54,015 bases of DNA from NCBI GenBank assembly GCA_003233345.1, contig QILK01000008.1:1-54015 (forward strand). The letters are read 5' to 3'. Positions 27,729 through 37,928 of this stretch are shown in pieces (within the stretch, counting starts at the first letter, position 1; each line of letters starts with the position of its first letter). Below the pieces are notes generated by a model. That model was not told where the DNA came from, searched no databases, and worked only from the letters and a program-made list of their open reading frames with translations. The translations under genes were made by a program, and so were the position numbers. Origin of the DNA: Gammaproteobacteria bacterium. GTDB taxonomy: Bacteria > Pseudomonadota > Gammaproteobacteria > SZUA-21.

Positions 27729-28565
27729 TTAGTGAATAATGTGAATCGAATTTGGATGCCTGATTCTAATATAATAAGATTTTTTTAGGCGGTTTTTGGT
27801 AACATACCCGCCAATCAGAATATTTTTACCGAGTAAACCAAGTGGGTTCTTTTTAAAAAAATAGGGTAAATCGGCATTAACAATTCGCACAGATATTTTT
27901 TGGTGTTTGAAGTTTAGCCAAACCGATTTTTTGCCTCGGTAAGCATTAGTGACTTTTCCGTGAATCAATAGGTACCCGCTGCGAGTGTTACCGGTAAAAA
28001 ATTTTGCGGATCCCGGCGCGTAAAATTGTTGACTCCATAGATTGATTTTATTTTTCATTGCTTTTTTTTGAGCGCGGAAGTAACACTTTTGGTAAGCCAG
28101 ATTAGGTGGAAAGGGTAGGTTATAAGCAAGTCCTCTGGTCAATAAAAATGCTTGTACGTTAGTATCACCGGCAAATAGGTGTGCTAGTAATCGTCCATAT
28201 CGATCGCGCCGTTGCTTTCCATAGACCAGATAGACTTGATTGTTAGATTGCTTGAGTAGTTGGCCTAGTGTTTTTCTTGCCAGCCGTGCCAATGGTTGTA
28301 GATGGGCTACTGGTCGACGTCTGCGGCGCTGATTGGCATAGGCAATTTCCGCTGTATTAATCCCCACCAAGCGTACGGATTGCCCGCTGTTAAGTTTTAC
28401 TGTGTCGCCATCGTAAACCCTCTGCACACTGACACGAATGGCATGAGCAGGTTTATTACATTGATTATGGGAGTATAGAGAGGCAGAAAAACCGGTGTTA
28501 GTAGCGCAAATACCTAAGACGAGTGTATAAATAAAAATATAACGATAATGAGTGGCTATGCGCAC
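27729..28565 (-). CDS. Exported thermonuclease (SNase) with a C-terminal OB-like domain
   Basis: DGDT, VRLVGINTAE, DRYGRLLA, GLA; signal-like N-terminus. Confidence 0.88.
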   Translation of the reverse strand: MRIATHYRYIFIYTLVLGICATNTGFSASLYSHNQCNKPAHAIRVSVQRVYDGDTVKLNSGQSVRLVGINTAEIAYANQRRRRRPVAHLQPLARLARKTLGQLLKQSNNQVYLVYGKQRRDRYGRLLAHLFAGDTNVQAFLLTRGLAYNLPFPPNLAYQKCYFRAQKKAMKNKINLWSQQFYAPGSAKFFTGNTRSGYLLIHGKVTNAYRGKKSVWLNFKHQKISVRIVNADLPYFFKKNPLGLLGKNILIGGYVTKNRLKKSYYIRIRHPNSIHIIH

Positions 28566-28627
28566 AGATGATTCCAGTATTAAATGCTCGGGTTAAATCC
28601 CGAAAAAATCCCGAAAAAATAAAGCTA

Positions 28628-28652
28628 AATAAAAGGGGTGAATACACCCCTT
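28628..28652 (-). terminator. Intrinsic terminator of rpmE
   Basis: Minus strand AAGGGGTG-tatt-CACCCCTT then TTATT. Confidence 0.75.
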
Positions 28653-28681
28653 ATTATCATCTGTGATTAGGGCTTATCGCA

Positions 28682-28891
28682 TTACTTTTTCATACCATAT
28701 TTCTTGCGAAATCTATCAACCCGGCCGCCCGTATCCAGTATTTTTTGTTTACCGGTAAAAAAAGGATGGCATTTGGCACATACTTCAATGCTCAAATTCG
28801 CATCTTTCAACGTCGATCGAGTAGAGAATTTGTTACCACAGCTGCAGGTAACGTCCAATTCAGTATATTCTGGATGTAAAGCTTGTTTCAT
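28682..28891 (-). CDS. rpmE: 50S ribosomal protein L31 (Zn-binding type)
   Basis: [32 protein letters not shown]; likely start at 28891. Confidence 0.97.
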   Translation of the reverse strand: MKQALHPEYTELDVTCSCGNKFSTRSTLKDANLSIEVCAKCHPFFTGKQKILDTGGRVDRFRKKYGMKK

Positions 28892-29071
28892 GGCTATATC
28901 TCTAAAAGGGGCAGATTTTCCTGCGCGCAAAAGGGCGTATATAGTAAGGTGAAAATTGATTTTCTTCAAGTAAAATCGGTGATTTTTGCTACGCCAACAA
29001 TCAGCAAAAGGCGAACGATCAGTATAGTTCACCAAATGCTTGAATGTATACCGGTTTACCGATAGCGATGA

Positions 29072-29455
29072 TTAGTTAATCAGGTCTAACTTGGGAAAGG
29101 TTAGTATAGTTGCGCTTTTTGTAGGGAAACTGATATTAAAATCATCGTCATTCTCAACTGGCGTATAGCCAGTGACACTCTGGAGGTGGTAGAGGGCGTT
29201 CAGTAGGCCATTTTCCCCTTTTACTGAATCCCACATCATTCTCGATATTTCAATACACGCGGCCATCGGTGTTTTAGAGGTACGTCTTATACCGTCTACG
29301 CGCCATTGTAGGCAACGAATGCGCTGCTGTCTTTCTTCTGGCAAATCTTGAATAAAGTCATTAATCACTTGTGCCCGGTGCTGTTCAAAAGCTTCTGGAT
29401 CAGTGTTTGCCAATCTAGACCATTTCTCAAAATCAAAATTATTATTATTTTCCAT
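29072..29455 (-). CDS. DUF3135-like protein
   Basis: FDFEKWSRLANTDPEAFE..R, LQWRVD, C-terminal ATILTF. Confidence 0.8.
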   Translation of the reverse strand: MENNNNFDFEKWSRLANTDPEAFEQHRAQVINDFIQDLPEERQQRIRCLQWRVDGIRRTSKTPMAACIEISRMMWDSVKGENGLLNALYHLQSVTGYTPVENDDDFNISFPTKSATILTFPKLDLIN

Positions 29456-29649
29456 ATTTAAATCATAAAGATTACCTTTAATAAGGTAAGCTTCCCATGT
29501 TGTTATTTATAAAAGTGACACTAACATAAAAGGAAATCTATGTCGCGTTAATGATCACAGAAATGGCTAGCGTGCAAAATGGTCTACTTATTGTACATAT
29601 ATAAACTGTGTTTTATAGCAATTAAAAATTAGGTTTTACGCTGTTTTGC

Positions 29650-29866
29650 TGTGGATAACTGTGTGAATAAAGTTATAAATAAAGGGCTTCTAAATTCCTG
29701 ATTGGCCTATTTTTAATAAGAATTGCTTAAAAAATACAGCGTTAATTGTAGAAAAGTATTTTAAATTATAGATAAAACAACGAGATATAGATTTCAGCTT
29801 CATAAGCATAAACCGGGTATAATTATTCCAAGTTTTTCATGTGGTTTTTTTGGTGGCTGTGTATAT
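29650..29866. promoter_or_regulatory. DnaA-box cluster in an AT-rich divergent intergenic region
   Basis: TGTGGATAA (29650) and TGTGAATAA (29662) match the consensus; 1-mismatch TGTAGAAAA (29747) and TGTGTATAT (29858). Confidence 0.6.
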
Positions 29867-29989
29867 GTTTGAATTAATTGAAGTTGCTACAGCCCGCAAA
29901 GATTAAAAAACCGGCCGATATGAATTAAAATTACGCTGCGATCAAAATACGCAGTTGATTTTATTTACCCCTATTTTAAATAGTGACTA

Positions 29990-30790
29990 ATGAATTTTTT
30001 ATCTGCACACAATATTAAAAGGCTTATTTTATTTCATATACTCGCGCTGGCATTGTTTTTTAGTTGGTGGATCGACGGGGATCTTACTAGGGGTTTATGG
30101 CAACAACTGGATGAAGTGGTTTTTTTTACGCTAAATGGTTTGTTAGCAGACAGCCCTTCTGCGCAACGTTTTTGGGCGGTGGCAAATCACCGTGCATTTG
30201 ACCTGGTGGCAATGACATTGTTCGCCCTTATCTATCTGCATTTTATTTTCTCTGACCGCCAGAAATATATTAATGAACGAATAGGGCTATTTTTCTTTTT
30301 AGCCTTTTTTGTGGTTATTGTTGTGCAGTTATCACATATCCTGTTTAGTAGTCTCGGTCAGCAGGGTTATGACGGTTATAACGGACAAGCAAACGAACTA
30401 CGGCTTAGCCCATCTCGGGTGCTAACACCGGCGCATCTGCTGTCTCAGCTAGTTCCAGATATAAAAGCCAAGGATAGTACCGGAGGAAGTTTTCCGGGAG
30501 ACCATGCGATTGTATTATTTATGTTTTCCGGATTTTTTCTGATATTTATAGGAATCAAAAGAGGTTTGTTGGCGCTATTAATTGCCATTTTGCTTTCCAC
30601 CCCGCGCCTGGTGGCGGGTGCACACTGGTTTACCGACAATTATGTGGGCGGGGTCAGTGTTGTATTAGTAGGGATCGCCTGGCTATATTGCACACCGTTA
30701 AAATCAAAGGCGCTGGTATGGTTTACACCCGTGGGCAAAGTACTGAGCCCGTTATTGCTAAAGCCGCTTAAACGGCTGCATATAATATAG
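29990..30790 (+). CDS. lpxT: Lipid A 1-phosphotransferase LpxT (PAP2 family)
   Basis: LFFSW, FF.LN, N.RAFD, R.SP, KD...SFPGDH, PR...GAHWFTD. Confidence 0.85.
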   Translation: MNFLSAHNIKRLILFHILALALFFSWWIDGDLTRGLWQQLDEVVFFTLNGLLADSPSAQRFWAVANHRAFDLVAMTLFALIYLHFIFSDRQKYINERIGLFFFLAFFVVIVVQLSHILFSSLGQQGYDGYNGQANELRLSPSRVLTPAHLLSQLVPDIKAKDSTGGSFPGDHAIVLFMFSGFFLIFIGIKRGLLALLIAILLSTPRLVAGAHWFTDNYVGGVSVVLVGIAWLYCTPLKSKALVWFTPVGKVLSPLLLKPLKRLHII

Positions 30791-30791
30791 T

Positions 30792-30946
30792 GTAGCCCGG
30801 ACTTCGCGTAGCGAACGCCGGGGAAAAAAATAGGGTTCGAAATTCAATTAAAACACGAGTATGCGCAAGATAGTCGGTCGCTGACTAAGACGCGGAAGAA
30901 TAGGATGTTCGTTCTCCCGGCGTTCGCTGTGCGAAGTCCGGGCTAC
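30792..30946. repeat. GTAG-family REP doublet, copy 2
   Basis: Same ~31-bp terminal inverted REPs; 155 bp. Confidence 0.92.
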
Positions 30947-32142
30947 TTACCTGCTTCGTCGGGTTTCAAGCTAGATCGCTGGGTGTCGGGCATATAGGAC
31001 AGAAGTGTATTATTTAGAAAGCGTTTTCCGGTCTGGGTTAATTCAAGACTATTTTTGTTGATTTTTACCAGCTCGTTTTTAATGGCGCCAGTAGATGCTT
31101 CGAGCAAAGCTTGGTGACTGAGACCGGTGAACCGGGAAAAATCAATAAATGAAACCACTTTATCAAGCCTGAAGTTATTCATAAGAAACTCAAAAATAAT
31201 TTCTTTTGGGTTCTCTATTCGGGTCTCGGTATAAACTTGATGGCTGCCGCTATGCTGCATATAGTCTTTGGGATGTTTTAATCGTTGTTGCCGGACGATT
31301 GCCCACGGTTCGATAACGCTTAACTTGCTGTGTGCGCCTGCGCCGAGTCCAATATAGTCACCATAACGCCAATAATTGATATTGTGTCGGCACAGCAAAT
31401 CATCACGTGCATAGGCGGATATTTCGTAGCGCTTATAACCATTATTTTCGAGTATTTTTAATCCTTGTAAGCTGATTTCTGCAAGCAAATCATCCGCAGG
31501 TAGTATAGGGGGTTGTTGATAAAAGTGGGTATTGGGTTCCAGTGTTAATTGGTACCATGAAATATGTGTCACTGAAAGTTTAATGGCTTCATAAAGATCA
31601 TTGGCGGCCTGTGCCACCGATTGGCCCGGTAGTCCATACATCAGGTCGAGATTGATATTGGTAAAACCACTATCAAAAGCAGCTACGGTTGCTTCGCGTA
31701 TTTCATTTGCGGAGTGAATTCGACCTAGTTTAGTTAGCGCAGAATCGTTAAAGCTTTGTGCGCCGATAGAAAGACGATTGATACCTGATTGAAAATATTC
31801 CCGATAATGACCACAATCGTAAGTGCCTGGATTGGATTCAAGCGATATCTCGGCAGTATCGACAACACGAAAATACTTGTGAGTGGCATTTAAGATGCGG
31901 TCAATCGACTTGCCTGAAAATAAGCTGGGCGTGCCACCACCAAAAAAAATCGATTGCAAGCAAACTGGATTGTGCTCGGTAGCAAAAGCGCGAATATCCT
32001 TGATAAGTGCGTTAGTATATTCGGTTTCTTGAAAACCATGGTTTTTAGGGTGCGAATTAAAATCACAGTAAGGACATTTTTTTACACACCATGGAATATG
32101 GATATAGAGTGCTGTGGGAGGGATTTGTGAGGATATCTTCAT
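30943..32142 (-). CDS. hemW: Radical SAM heme chaperone HemW
   Basis: LYIHIPWCVKKCPYCDFN, GGGTPS, YEISAY, HN.NYW. Confidence 0.93.
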   Translation of the reverse strand: MKISSQIPPTALYIHIPWCVKKCPYCDFNSHPKNHGFQETEYTNALIKDIRAFATEHNPVCLQSIFFGGGTPSLFSGKSIDRILNATHKYFRVVDTAEISLESNPGTYDCGHYREYFQSGINRLSIGAQSFNDSALTKLGRIHSANEIREATVAAFDSGFTNINLDLMYGLPGQSVAQAANDLYEAIKLSVTHISWYQLTLEPNTHFYQQPPILPADDLLAEISLQGLKILENNGYKRYEISAYARDDLLCRHNINYWRYGDYIGLGAGAHSKLSVIEPWAIVRQQRLKHPKDYMQHSGSHQVYTETRIENPKEIIFEFLMNNFRLDKVVSFIDFSRFTGLSHQALLEASTGAIKNELVKINKNSLELTQTGKRFLNNTLLSYMPDTQRSSLKPDEAGK

Positions 32143-32387
32143 TGATAGAATTTTCAGAGATTATGATACCGGTTATGGCCCGAATATTGATTACTAAGTT
32201 AGTGGTTGTTTTCTTAACTATCAATTGTACAATATAAAATCGGGGTTGGGGCCTAGAGGTTAGATTAAGATACGCCAGTCAGATCAGAAGAAAGCAAATC
32301 TCTAACGACTAAAACGCTATTGTATCGCTAACAATCTTCAGTTGTATAGCTAACAATACCGGACTAATACAATATAGGACTATTATA

Positions 32388-33065
32388 ATGACAGTGTTAT
32401 ATTCGCAACGAGAATGTCCCTATTCAATGCGTGCTAGGATGGCGCTTATGTATGCGGGGATGTCGTTTGAACTACGCAATATCGACAGTAAAAACTTGCC
32501 AAGCGAGCTAGCGGCACAAAGAAAAAAGGTTAAACTGCCTGTTCTGGAATTGGCTGATGGGCGAGTATTAACTGACAGTCTGGAAATTATGCACTGGGCA
32601 TTGTTACAAAGTGACCCTGATGGATGGATTGATTATGAAATTGATGATCTGGAAGAGATCCAAGGGCTGGTGACGATTAACGATAACTCCTTTGTCCATG
32701 ATGTTATGGGTTATGTTTTTGCTACTGAAAATCAGGATAAATCCCAAAAAGAGTATCGCAAAGATTGCGAACTGTTCCTTGCTGGTTTGGAGCAACATCT
32801 GACCAAGGCGCGATTTTTATTTGCTGACCGGGTATCAATGGCAGACTTTGCCATATTTCCATTTGTTTATCTATTTACCCAGGTGCGTATGGAGTGGTTT
32901 AGAGAAGCACTTTATCCCCATGTATGGCAATGGTTTGACTATCACCAGAATAGTCGATTATTCAAGTTGGTCATGGAAGAAAAACCACTTTGGTGTCATG
33001 GCAGCAATCCACTGATATACCCACAAGCTTTTATTCAGGTAAAAGAAACGGTTGTTTCAGAGTAG
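32388..33065 (+). CDS. Glutathione S-transferase family protein (Cys-type)
   Basis: CPYSMRARMAL, PVL, DSLEIMHWAL, ADFAIFPF. Confidence 0.88.
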   Translation: MTVLYSQRECPYSMRARMALMYAGMSFELRNIDSKNLPSELAAQRKKVKLPVLELADGRVLTDSLEIMHWALLQSDPDGWIDYEIDDLEEIQGLVTINDNSFVHDVMGYVFATENQDKSQKEYRKDCELFLAGLEQHLTKARFLFADRVSMADFAIFPFVYLFTQVRMEWFREALYPHVWQWFDYHQNSRLFKLVMEEKPLWCHGSNPLIYPQAFIQVKETVVSE

Positions 33066-33639
33066 CGCATAGCTTTTGTAATGCCTTAGCCCGATGGCTA
33101 ATTCGGTTTTTATGTTCAGCAGTTAATTCTGCGGCAGAACATTTATGATCCGCAACCCAGAATACCGGATCATATCCAAACCCACGGGTGCCTCTGGCCG
33201 TCAATAGAATTTTTCCTTCCCAGTATCCCTGGGCAATGACCGGTGTCGGGTCTTTTGCATGGCGCATAAAGACGATTAAGCATTGAAAGCGGGCAGTGCG
33301 CAAATGATCCGGAATATCTTTTAGTTCGTTAAGCAGTTTTTCCACATTTTGTTGGTCGGTCGCGGTCTCTCCGGCATAACGTGCAGAATAAATACCCGGT
33401 GCGCCATCAAGCGCATCGACCTCCAGTCCTGAGTCATCCGCGATCGCGGGTAGTCCGGTGACTTGGCTGGCGTGTCTTGCTTTAAGAATTGAATTTTCAA
33501 CAAAGCTTAAGCCAGTCTCTTCGACATCGACGATGTTAAATTCTGACTGTGGTATCACCGTCAAATTTATATCGGCGAGGATATTTTTTATTTCCTTTAA
33601 TTTGCCTTTATTACTGCTAGCGAGAACGAGTGTTGACAT
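33031..33639 (-). CDS. rdgB: dITP/XTP pyrophosphatase
   Basis: NKGKLKE, ADDSGL, PGIYSARY, GFGYDP, SHR. Confidence 0.96.
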   Translation of the reverse strand: MSTLVLASSNKGKLKEIKNILADINLTVIPQSEFNIVDVEETGLSFVENSILKARHASQVTGLPAIADDSGLEVDALDGAPGIYSARYAGETATDQQNVEKLLNELKDIPDHLRTARFQCLIVFMRHAKDPTPVIAQGYWEGKILLTARGTRGFGYDPVFWVADHKCSAAELTAEHKNRISHRAKALQKLCATLKQPFLLPE

Positions 33640-33657
33640 AATGAAGACTGGCCCTGG

Positions 33658-34383
33658 TTAGTTTGACAGGCTCTTTTTCTGCATGGCCAATAGTTCAGCA
33701 ATTCCTTTTTTGGCGTATTCAAGCATTTTATTCAACTCATCCTGGCTAAAGGTATGCCCTTCCGCAGTACCTTGGACTTCTATAAACTTATTTTTATCAT
33801 TCATCACCACATTCATGTCAGTTTCTGCGCTGGAGTCTTCAGCATAGTCGAGGTCGAGAATGGCGTTGTCGTTAAAAATTCCGACCGATACCGATGCAAC
33901 CTGACCCAGTAAGGGTGATTTTGATATGAGTTTGTTATCAAGCAAATGTTGCACTGCATCAGCCAGTGCCACATAAGCACCAGTAATAGAGGCAGTTCTG
34001 GTTCCACCGTCGGCCTGTAAAACATCACAGTCGAGTACAATGGTGCGTTCGCCTAGCAAGCTGGTGTCGACGATTGCCCTGAGCGAGCGCCCGATAAGAC
34101 GTTGAATCTCCATCGTCCGTCCACCTTGCTTGCCTCGAGCAGCCTCCCGATACATCCGGCTACCGGTAGACCGGGGGAGCATACCGTACTCAGCGGTTAC
34201 CCAGCCGACTCCTTTGCCGCGCAAAAAACCGGGAGCTTTTTCATCAATGGACGCAGTGCACAATACTTTTGTATCACCAAATTCGATTAATACCGAACCT
34301 TCAGCGTGTTTAGTATAACCACGACTGATGGTTACCTTGCGCATCTCATCCGTTTGTCTACCACTAGGTCTGTCTGCCACCAT
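33658..34383 (-). CDS. rph: Ribonuclease PH
   Basis: [37 protein letters not shown]; ATG at 34383 after AAGGA. Confidence 0.97.
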   Translation of the reverse strand: MVADRPSGRQTDEMRKVTISRGYTKHAEGSVLIEFGDTKVLCTASIDEKAPGFLRGKGVGWVTAEYGMLPRSTGSRMYREAARGKQGGRTMEIQRLIGRSLRAIVDTSLLGERTIVLDCDVLQADGGTRTASITGAYVALADAVQHLLDNKLISKSPLLGQVASVSVGIFNDNAILDLDYAEDSSAETDMNVVMNDKNKFIEVQGTAEGHTFSQDELNKMLEYAKKGIAELLAMQKKSLSN

Positions 34384-34451
34384 TTTTTCCTTGTCTAAAT
34401 AATCGCGACCAGTATACCTGCCTATAGGCAAAAAGTGAAAGCAAGTCACCA

Positions 34452-35318
34452 CTATTTATTTTGGATTTCTTTTTTGTACTGATGATAGGCAGACTCAATA
34501 TTTTTTATGGCGACGTCCAGAGCTGATTCGGCTTTCGGGTGTTTTTTTAGGGTAATATTTTTACTAATATTTATGGAGTCCGTCGCCAATTGCTCAACAG
34601 TAAAAGCGACGGCAGTTACATTATCGCTTGCCGGGTAGGCATTTTTCTCAGCCAATTCGGTAAGCGTATCCAAAGACGATCCGAGTTTTCCTGACGACAG
34701 CGACTGGATGATTTGTTCCTCGGTAACCGCAGACCAAAGACCGTCTGAGCAGAGTAGAATGATATCATCTGTTTGCAGTTTGCTGGTTTCGCTGAAGCGT
34801 ATAGGAATCGTTTTCCCCTGGTGTCCCAGACAAGCCGTTACGCAGTTACGCATGGGGTGTTGTGCCGACTCTTTTTCGCTAAGTAATTTTTGACTTATGA
34901 GTTCTTCAATATAGGAATGGTCGCGGGTCCGGGTCAGTAACTTATTTTTTCGATATAGATATAATCGACTATCGCCCGCATGTGCCCAGGTGATATTTTG
35001 TTCGTGTACCAACGCGCACACACAGGTTGTGTAGGGGTTCTTGTTATTATCATCGGATATTTTTTGTATTTCACGGTGAGCGGCGAGAATATTTTGTTGC
35101 AAGTATTTTTTAACGTTGATAATGGGGTAGGTGGTTTTATAAAATATTTCACTCATGACATCGATAAACCGTTGTGCGGCTAACTCGCCGTTAGATCGTC
35201 CACCAAGACCATCAGCCAGCAACAGCAAAACAGCGTTGTGGTTTTTTAATACGGCACAACGATCTTGATTGACAGCGCGATTTCCCAGACGGCTAGATTG
35301 AGAGGTAGTATATTTCAT
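34452..35318 (-). CDS. PP2C-family Ser/Thr phosphatase
   Basis: NQD, ADGLGG, GDSR, CSDG, DNVT. Confidence 0.92.
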   Translation of the reverse strand: MKYTTSQSSRLGNRAVNQDRCAVLKNHNAVLLLLADGLGGRSNGELAAQRFIDVMSEIFYKTTYPIINVKKYLQQNILAAHREIQKISDDNNKNPYTTCVCALVHEQNITWAHAGDSRLYLYRKNKLLTRTRDHSYIEELISQKLLSEKESAQHPMRNCVTACLGHQGKTIPIRFSETSKLQTDDIILLCSDGLWSAVTEEQIIQSLSSGKLGSSLDTLTELAEKNAYPASDNVTAVAFTVEQLATDSINISKNITLKKHPKAESALDVAIKNIESAYHQYKKEIQNK

Positions 35319-36268
35319 CGACTTTTATTACCACCCAGACGTTTTTTAATAAGGCCGTTATTGCTGTCTTGTAGATTACCTACATTGCTCGTGGCATCGA
35401 GTATGGGACTTTTTTCGAGCAACTCAGTAATACTTTGCGGCCTTAGCTCCGGGTTAGTTTCCATGCACCAATCGATTGCCTTAAGTAAAAGGTGGTTATG
35501 TTTTTTTGGGTGGCTTTGCGTTAGCGAAATTTCTTTGTCGTCGTCCCGTCGAATTCGAGAATCCTTGGGTGGTTTTCCGGTAATACAGGAATACATCGTT
35601 GCGCCGAGTGCGTAAAGGTCAGTCCATGGTCCGACATAACCGGTTTTTCGGTATTGTTCTATGGGAGCATAACCGACCGTGAAAACCTGGCCCGGTTGCA
35701 GCGTACGACTAAGCTCACGCCGATGTGCTGCACCAAAATCTAATAATAGTGGTCGGCCCCCTGGTCTGATATGTATATTTCCAGGTTTAATATCCAGATG
35801 CAGGTAACCGCTGTCGTGTATTTTTTTTAGCCCGTCAAGCAGTGATGGAAACACCGTTAAAATAAAAAGTTCGCTTAGTGCTGTTTTTCTTTTCTGAATG
35901 TAAGATTGTAAATTTTGACCACTCTCATATTCCATTACCATATAGACAGTATCGTTAGCCTGAAAAAAGCTAATGACATTAACGATGTTTGGGTGTTTGA
36001 GTAAGGACAGAAATTTAGCTTCCTGAAAAAACAAGCCACGTCCAGACTGGAGCATATAAGCTGTCTTTTCCGAGTTTTGAACCACCTTGTAGTCAGGTAA
36101 GCGTTTGGCCAGTGAGGCCGGGAAGTATTCTTTGATGACAACTTTTTGCTTGGTCTCCTGATCAACAGCCAGATAAACAATACTGAAGCCGCCCGAACTA
36201 ATGGGTTTTATTAGTGTATATCGGTCGATATCAGTACGTATTGGCAGACAGTTTTTTAATGATGACAT
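35315..36268 (-). CDS. Hanks-type Ser/Thr protein kinase (soluble)
   Basis: GGFSIVY, IKEY, HLDIKPGN, DFG, GYAPIE, DLYALG. Confidence 0.93.
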   Translation of the reverse strand: MSSLKNCLPIRTDIDRYTLIKPISSGGFSIVYLAVDQETKQKVVIKEYFPASLAKRLPDYKVVQNSEKTAYMLQSGRGLFFQEAKFLSLLKHPNIVNVISFFQANDTVYMVMEYESGQNLQSYIQKRKTALSELFILTVFPSLLDGLKKIHDSGYLHLDIKPGNIHIRPGGRPLLLDFGAAHRRELSRTLQPGQVFTVGYAPIEQYRKTGYVGPWTDLYALGATMYSCITGKPPKDSRIRRDDDKEISLTQSHPKKHNHLLLKAIDWCMETNPELRPQSITELLEKSPILDATSNVGNLQDSNNGLIKKRLGGNKSR

Positions 36269-36378
36269 ATTGATTGCGCGATTCTAGAGTTAACCATATA
36301 AATTGTATTTAATCCTGATATACTCAAAATCAAGAAAGAGTTAGTAATGCTATCGGCAAATTGAGAAGGTGATTTAGT

Positions 36379-37245
36379 ATGATCCGCAGTATGACCGCTT
36401 ACGCCAGGAGTCAAACCACAGTTGAAATGGGTGATATAACCTGGGAGTTACGATCTTTAAATGCACGTTATCTCGAAGTCCATATGAAACTCCCCGATGA
36501 ATGGCGGCCATTGGAAATAGCGGCCCGGGAAAAACTGGGTAAGGCCCTAAAAAGAGGTAAAATCGAGTGTAATTTTCGTTTTCAGCGTAAAAAAGGTGAG
36601 GCCCCCAATCTGGTTCTAAACCGACCATTAGCGAACAAGCTTCATGAGTTGGCAATGGTGGTAGCGGAAATAGAAAGTGATGCCGGGCCACTTAGAGCGA
36701 TCGATATACTACGTTGGCCGGGTATGATTGTAGAAGAAGAACAGGATGTCACCTCGATAAGCGATGTTGTGCTGCAAGCACTGGATGTGTCAATCGCAGA
36801 ATTAGTCAAAATGCGCGAAAGAGAGGGCAGTCGCTTGCGCAAATTAATTCTGGAACGTTGTGACGGACTGCAGGTTCTCACGGATAAAGCCAAGAAGATG
36901 GCGCCGGACATTAAAAAATTACTGGCAGAGAAAATATCCATCCGGTTGCGGGATCTCAGCGTTAAGGTCGATGACGCCAGGCTTGAGCAAGAGTTGGCAA
37001 TTCAGCTGCAAAAACTCGATGTTGATGAAGAACTGGATCGATTAGGTTGCCATATACAAGAGATTCGCGAGAACCTGGAGGGCAATGGCTCTGTTGGCAG
37101 GCGACTGGATTTTCTGATGCAGGAGTTAAATCGTGAGGCCAATACGTTAGGCTCTAAAGCGGCGAGCGTTGATGTCAGTGGTATCTCGGTAGAGTTAAAA
37201 GTGTTGATTGAGCAAATTAGGGAACAGGTACAGAATATCGAATAA
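36379..37245 (+). CDS. yicC: YicC/YloC-family endoribonuclease
   Basis: MIRSMTAY, RGK, EELDRL, GRRLDFLMQELNREANT, EQIREQVQNIE. Confidence 0.95.
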   Translation: MIRSMTAYARSQTTVEMGDITWELRSLNARYLEVHMKLPDEWRPLEIAAREKLGKALKRGKIECNFRFQRKKGEAPNLVLNRPLANKLHELAMVVAEIESDAGPLRAIDILRWPGMIVEEEQDVTSISDVVLQALDVSIAELVKMREREGSRLRKLILERCDGLQVLTDKAKKMAPDIKKLLAEKISIRLRDLSVKVDDARLEQELAIQLQKLDVDEELDRLGCHIQEIRENLEGNGSVGRRLDFLMQELNREANTLGSKAASVDVSGISVELKVLIEQIREQVQNIE

Positions 37246-37286
37246 CCCGCATTCGTGATTTACAGGTGAAACAAAGGAGTGAAATA

Positions 37287-37928
37287 ATGTCTAGTGCGGG
37301 TAAGGTTAGCGGATTACTCTATATAATATCTGCCCCATCAGGTGCCGGAAAAACCAGTCTGGTTAAAGCGTTGCTTGCGTGTGACCAGGATATCGCTGTG
37401 TCGGTGTCACATACGACCCGGTCACCAAGGCCCGGAGAAGTCGATAGCGAGGACTATTTTTTTACCAAGCAAGAAGTGTTTAAGCAGCAAATAGACCAAC
37501 AGGCTTTTATTGAATATGCCGAGGTGTTTGACCATTACTATGGCACTGAAAAAAAACAGGTTGATCGTCAACTGGCTTGTGGTCAGGACGTCATTCTGGA
37601 AATAGATTGGCAGGGCGCACGACAGGTTAGACAGGTTTTCCCGCAGGCTGTTTCCGTCTTTATTTTACCACCGTCGAAACAGGCACTGGAATCGAGATTA
37701 AAAAACCGGGGTCAGGACCATGACGACGTGATCAAGCGGCGTATGCAAGATGCGCAAAACGAAACTTCTCATTACGACGAATACGACTATCTTCTGGTTA
37801 ATGACGACTTTGAACAGGCACTCCAGGAGCTACAGCTAATATTTTCCGCTAATCGTCTCAGGTTGTCTTCGCAGCAGGTTAAACTTCACAGATTAATTTC
37901 AGATTTAATGGACTATTCAACAGATTAA
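37287..37928 (+). CDS. gmk: Guanylate kinase
   Basis: APSGAGKT, SHTTR.PRPGE, YYGT, LEIDWQGA; AGGAG RBS before the ATG at 37287. Confidence 0.97.
   Translation: MSSAGKVSGLLYIISAPSGAGKTSLVKALLACDQDIAVSVSHTTRSPRPGEVDSEDYFFTKQEVFKQQIDQQAFIEYAEVFDHYYGTEKKQVDRQLACGQDVILEIDWQGARQVRQVFPQAVSVFILPPSKQALESRLKNRGQDHDDVIKRRMQDAQNETSHYDEYDYLLVNDDFEQALQELQLIFSANRLRLSSQQVKLHRLISDLMDYSTD

Noticed and set aside
28595-28620. 11-bp tandem duplication AAATCCCGAAA
   Set aside because: Two copies only; most simply replication slippage with no evidence of function
28892-29035. Extended N-terminus of L31 (similar extensions on NsrR, Rph, Gmk, RpoZ and Dgt)
   Set aside because: Longest-ORF artefacts; family-typical starts with an RBS or stop-start overlap lie downstream
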